Positions 61,902 to 64,000 of a DNA stretch of 64,000 nt are shown here, piece by piece; within the stretch, counting starts at the first letter, position 1; the number at the start of each line of letters is the position of its first letter. The notes under the pieces were generated by a model. That model did not search any database. It was not told the origin of the DNA and saw nothing but the letters and a program-made list of their open reading frames with translations. The stretch is taken from the NCBI GenBank assembly GCA_963835065.1, contig CAWIEK010000044.1, forward strand, positions 352,001-416,000. The letters are read 5' to 3'. Position numbers and translations under genes: made by a program. Source of the DNA: an uncultured Chthonomonadaceae bacterium. Its GTDB lineage: Bacteria > Armatimonadota > Chthonomonadetes > Chthonomonadales > Chthonomonadaceae.

Positions 61902-62795
61902 TTAAGGTTCTGCCGGGGGTTCGGAAACAACGGCGCGAAGCAGTTGCTCCGGCTGCGTACTTTCTCCACCTTGCGCGGGGCGCAGCAGCATATCTGAGGG
62001 CGTGGCCGGAGCGCTTGCGCCGCGCAGCAGCGATTGGCTGATTTCCTGTCGCTGCGCAATCGCTTTTAGCTGTTCCGATGTTTGCGCCGCCGCCTGCGCC
62101 ACATCTTGTGAGGCCGCGCTTGCCGCAATACGCTCCACGATGCTTATGGCCTGCGTATCTTCGGCAAGTACGGTCACGCGCAGAATCGCAAGGGATAAAT
62201 TTCTGTCACTCTGGCCGAGTTGATCTTTGGCGGATTCCAGCAGATGATATAATGCGGTACGCTGCCCGACCGTCAACATACGCGCCGTATTCGCGTCCAT
62301 AAGTGGCACAAGCCGGTACAGGGCGGTCATCAGGGTCGGACGGGTGTTTGTGTCCGCGTAGTTCAGCGCTTCCGCAAGCGGGCCGGCAACCTGTACATCC
62401 TCCAATCGCGCCAGAACGCGGGCAATCTGGTTCCATTGCTGATTGTGCAGGTGTTCGTGATACTGTCGGCGCGGGTTCCAATCATCGAACCAACCGCCCA
62501 TGCAGCCCACGTCGCCTATACATCCCAAACTGCCGTCCGAGGCCACGAGCAGCGCCAGCAAAGCAACAATAACCACGCCAATCAGCAGCGCGGGCAGCAG
62601 GATAATGCGCAGGCCGAGCAGCAGCATGGACAGTTTTTTGCCCGTGTTCGGCGTTTTTTGCAGTTCGGCAACCAGGCGCGACACGGCAAGCGGCCCCATC
62701 TGCGCCAGTTCCTCGCGGGCGGCTGCCATTTCGCGCGCATTGCCGCTGTCCATACGCTTTACCAGCGCCATCAGTTGTTTGCTAGCTTCTGCCAT
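61902..62795 (-). CDS. Membrane-anchored HEAT-like protein with triple LLR[GPA] tail
   Basis: TM segment, helical repeats, ends SLLRGAS...MLLRPAQ...PEQLLRA. Confidence 0.75.
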   Translation of the reverse strand: MAEASKQLMALVKRMDSGNAREMAAAREELAQMGPLAVSRLVAELQKTPNTGKKLSMLLLGLRIILLPALLIGVVIVALLALLVASDGSLGCIGDVGCMGGWFDDWNPRRQYHEHLHNQQWNQIARVLARLEDVQVAGPLAEALNYADTNTRPTLMTALYRLVPLMDANTARMLTVGQRTALYHLLESAKDQLGQSDRNLSLAILRVTVLAEDTQAISIVERIAASAASQDVAQAAAQTSEQLKAIAQRQEISQSLLRGASAPATPSDMLLRPAQGGESTQPEQLLRAVVSEPPAEP

Positions 62796-62872
62796 GATGC
62801 CGCCAAATTCACCAATAAAGGTTGGAAATCCTGCTTCCCCGCCTGCTTGCTTCCTCCCCGCATTATCCTCGC

Positions 62873-62901
62873 TTGACAAGATTTGCGTGTATCGCTATAA
62901 T
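62873..62901 (+). promoter_or_regulatory. Consensus sigma70 promoter upstream of hrcA
   Basis: TTGACA (62873-62878), 17-nt spacer, TATAAT (62896-62901). Confidence 0.85.
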
Positions 62902-63026
62902 AGAAGAGGCAGCAATGGCTGTGTTGGCAGGTTCCCTGCTGTTGTTCCGTCATTCTTTTGTGTTTGCCCGGTTGTAATTTGTTTCTTTTTCTTGCGTCGA
63001 ACCTTCTTCAGGAGGCTTTGAGCCTA

Positions 63027-64000
63027 ATGTCGTTTCTGGATCATCGCAAAATTCGCATACTGCAAGCCATCGTTAATGATTACGTGGTCACTACCAAGCC
63101 CGTCGGTTCCGAACGCCTGATTGAAGTGTACAAGTTGGGCTGCAAGTCCGCTACGGTGCGTAACGAAATGGCCGAAATGGCCGAGATGGGCTATCTCATT
63201 CAGCCGCACACGTCGGCGGGGCGCATCCCCACGGATCGCGGCTACCGCTATTACGTGGATCAATTAATGGATTCGAGCGTCACGCTGTCCGAGGAGGAAG
63301 TGCGCAAAGCCGATTTGCAGGCGCAGCGCAACACCAGCGAAATTGAGGAGATTTTGCTGCAAACGTGCCGCATCCTGTCGCGTATGACTTCGTATCCCTC
63401 ACTGGCAACCGACCCGTCTACCGAGACAACGACCATTCGCCGCGTGTATCTCACGGAAGCCAGTCCGCGCCACGCCCTGCTGATTGCCCTGCTGTCCAAC
63501 GGGCACGTCGAGCATCGTCTGATTGACGTGGAAACAACGCTGACGGACACCGCCCTGCTGCAATTGTCCAATTATGTCAACAGCCTGTCCGAAGGCCGCG
63601 AACTGGAAGAAATCAGCCGGGGGATCGCGGTGGGTGAAATGCCCGGCGAATTGTCGGCCTTTTTCGCCACCATTCACAAAATTGTCAAAGTTCTGGCGCA
63701 GACCGCCCAATCGCTTTTGGAGCGCCGCGTCTTCATGGAAGGCGCGTCCAACATCCTGCGGCAGCCGGAATTTCAGGACGTGCAGCGATTGGAAAGCCTG
63801 CTCAACGCGCTGGAACAGCGCGGGCAGATTTATCAGGTTCTCAGCCAATCCCTGCGCGACTGCTGCACCACCATCATCATCGGCGCGGAAAACGGCTACG
63901 CGCCCATGCAGGAGTGCAGCATCGTCACGACTTCCTACCATATCGGGACGCGCACCGCAGGCTACTTAGGCGTCGTCGGCCCCACCCGGATGCAGTACGA
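63027..64000 (+). CDS. hrcA: Heat-inducible transcription repressor HrcA (3' end off window)
   Basis: MSFLDHRKIRILQAIVNDY...PVGS...SATVRNEM...QPHTSAGRIPTDRGYRYYVD...GVVGPTRMQY. Confidence 0.97.
   Translation, partial: MSFLDHRKIRILQAIVNDYVVTTKPVGSERLIEVYKLGCKSATVRNEMAEMAEMGYLIQPHTSAGRIPTDRGYRYYVDQLMDSSVTLSEEEVRKADLQAQRNTSEIEEILLQTCRILSRMTSYPSLATDPSTETTTIRRVYLTEASPRHALLIALLSNGHVEHRLIDVETTLTDTALLQLSNYVNSLSEGRELEEISRGIAVGEMPGELSAFFATIHKIVKVLAQTAQSLLERRVFMEGASNILRQPEFQDVQRLESLLNALEQRGQIYQVLSQSLRDCCTTIIIGAENGYAPMQECSIVTTSYHIGTRTAGYLGVVGPTRMQY

Overview
GC-rich bacterial chromosomal window. Protein style suggests Armatimonadota, which is an inference only. It mixes secreted carbohydrate-active enzymes (GH27, GH32, GH78, GH51, GH44, SGNH), peptidases (M13, HtrA, retropepsin-like, a CARDB/HEXXH/FN3/NHL protein) and housekeeping genes (ispG, aroQ, partial hrcA) with signalling/conflict modules (cyclase-STAND-TPR, ATPase + TPR pair, HicA-like, Tlde1/DUF2778-like). 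Many genes carry small frameshifts that look like long-read consensus indels. The most striking structure is at 34.7-43.3 kb: a vWA-PP2C-kinase (TerY-P-like) triad duplicated in tandem (period 3725 bp, about 99% identical), plus a third truncated vWA 5' end. Every unit begins with the same ~245-bp segment (structured leader + vWA 5' end) with an identical upstream boundary, and a lower-GC HEPN two-gene cassette sits between two of these segments, giving a cassette-array-like locus. Also notable: three membrane proteins with a shared triple L[LV]R[AP] C-terminal tail, nested REP/MITE-like hairpin elements with GNA triloops, inverted short-tandem-repeat elements (one in-frame in PP2C, one possibly setting a reading frame), and a candidate RNA thermometer before hrcA. 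No rRNA, tRNA, CRISPR array, transposase, integrase or reverse transcriptase was recognised.
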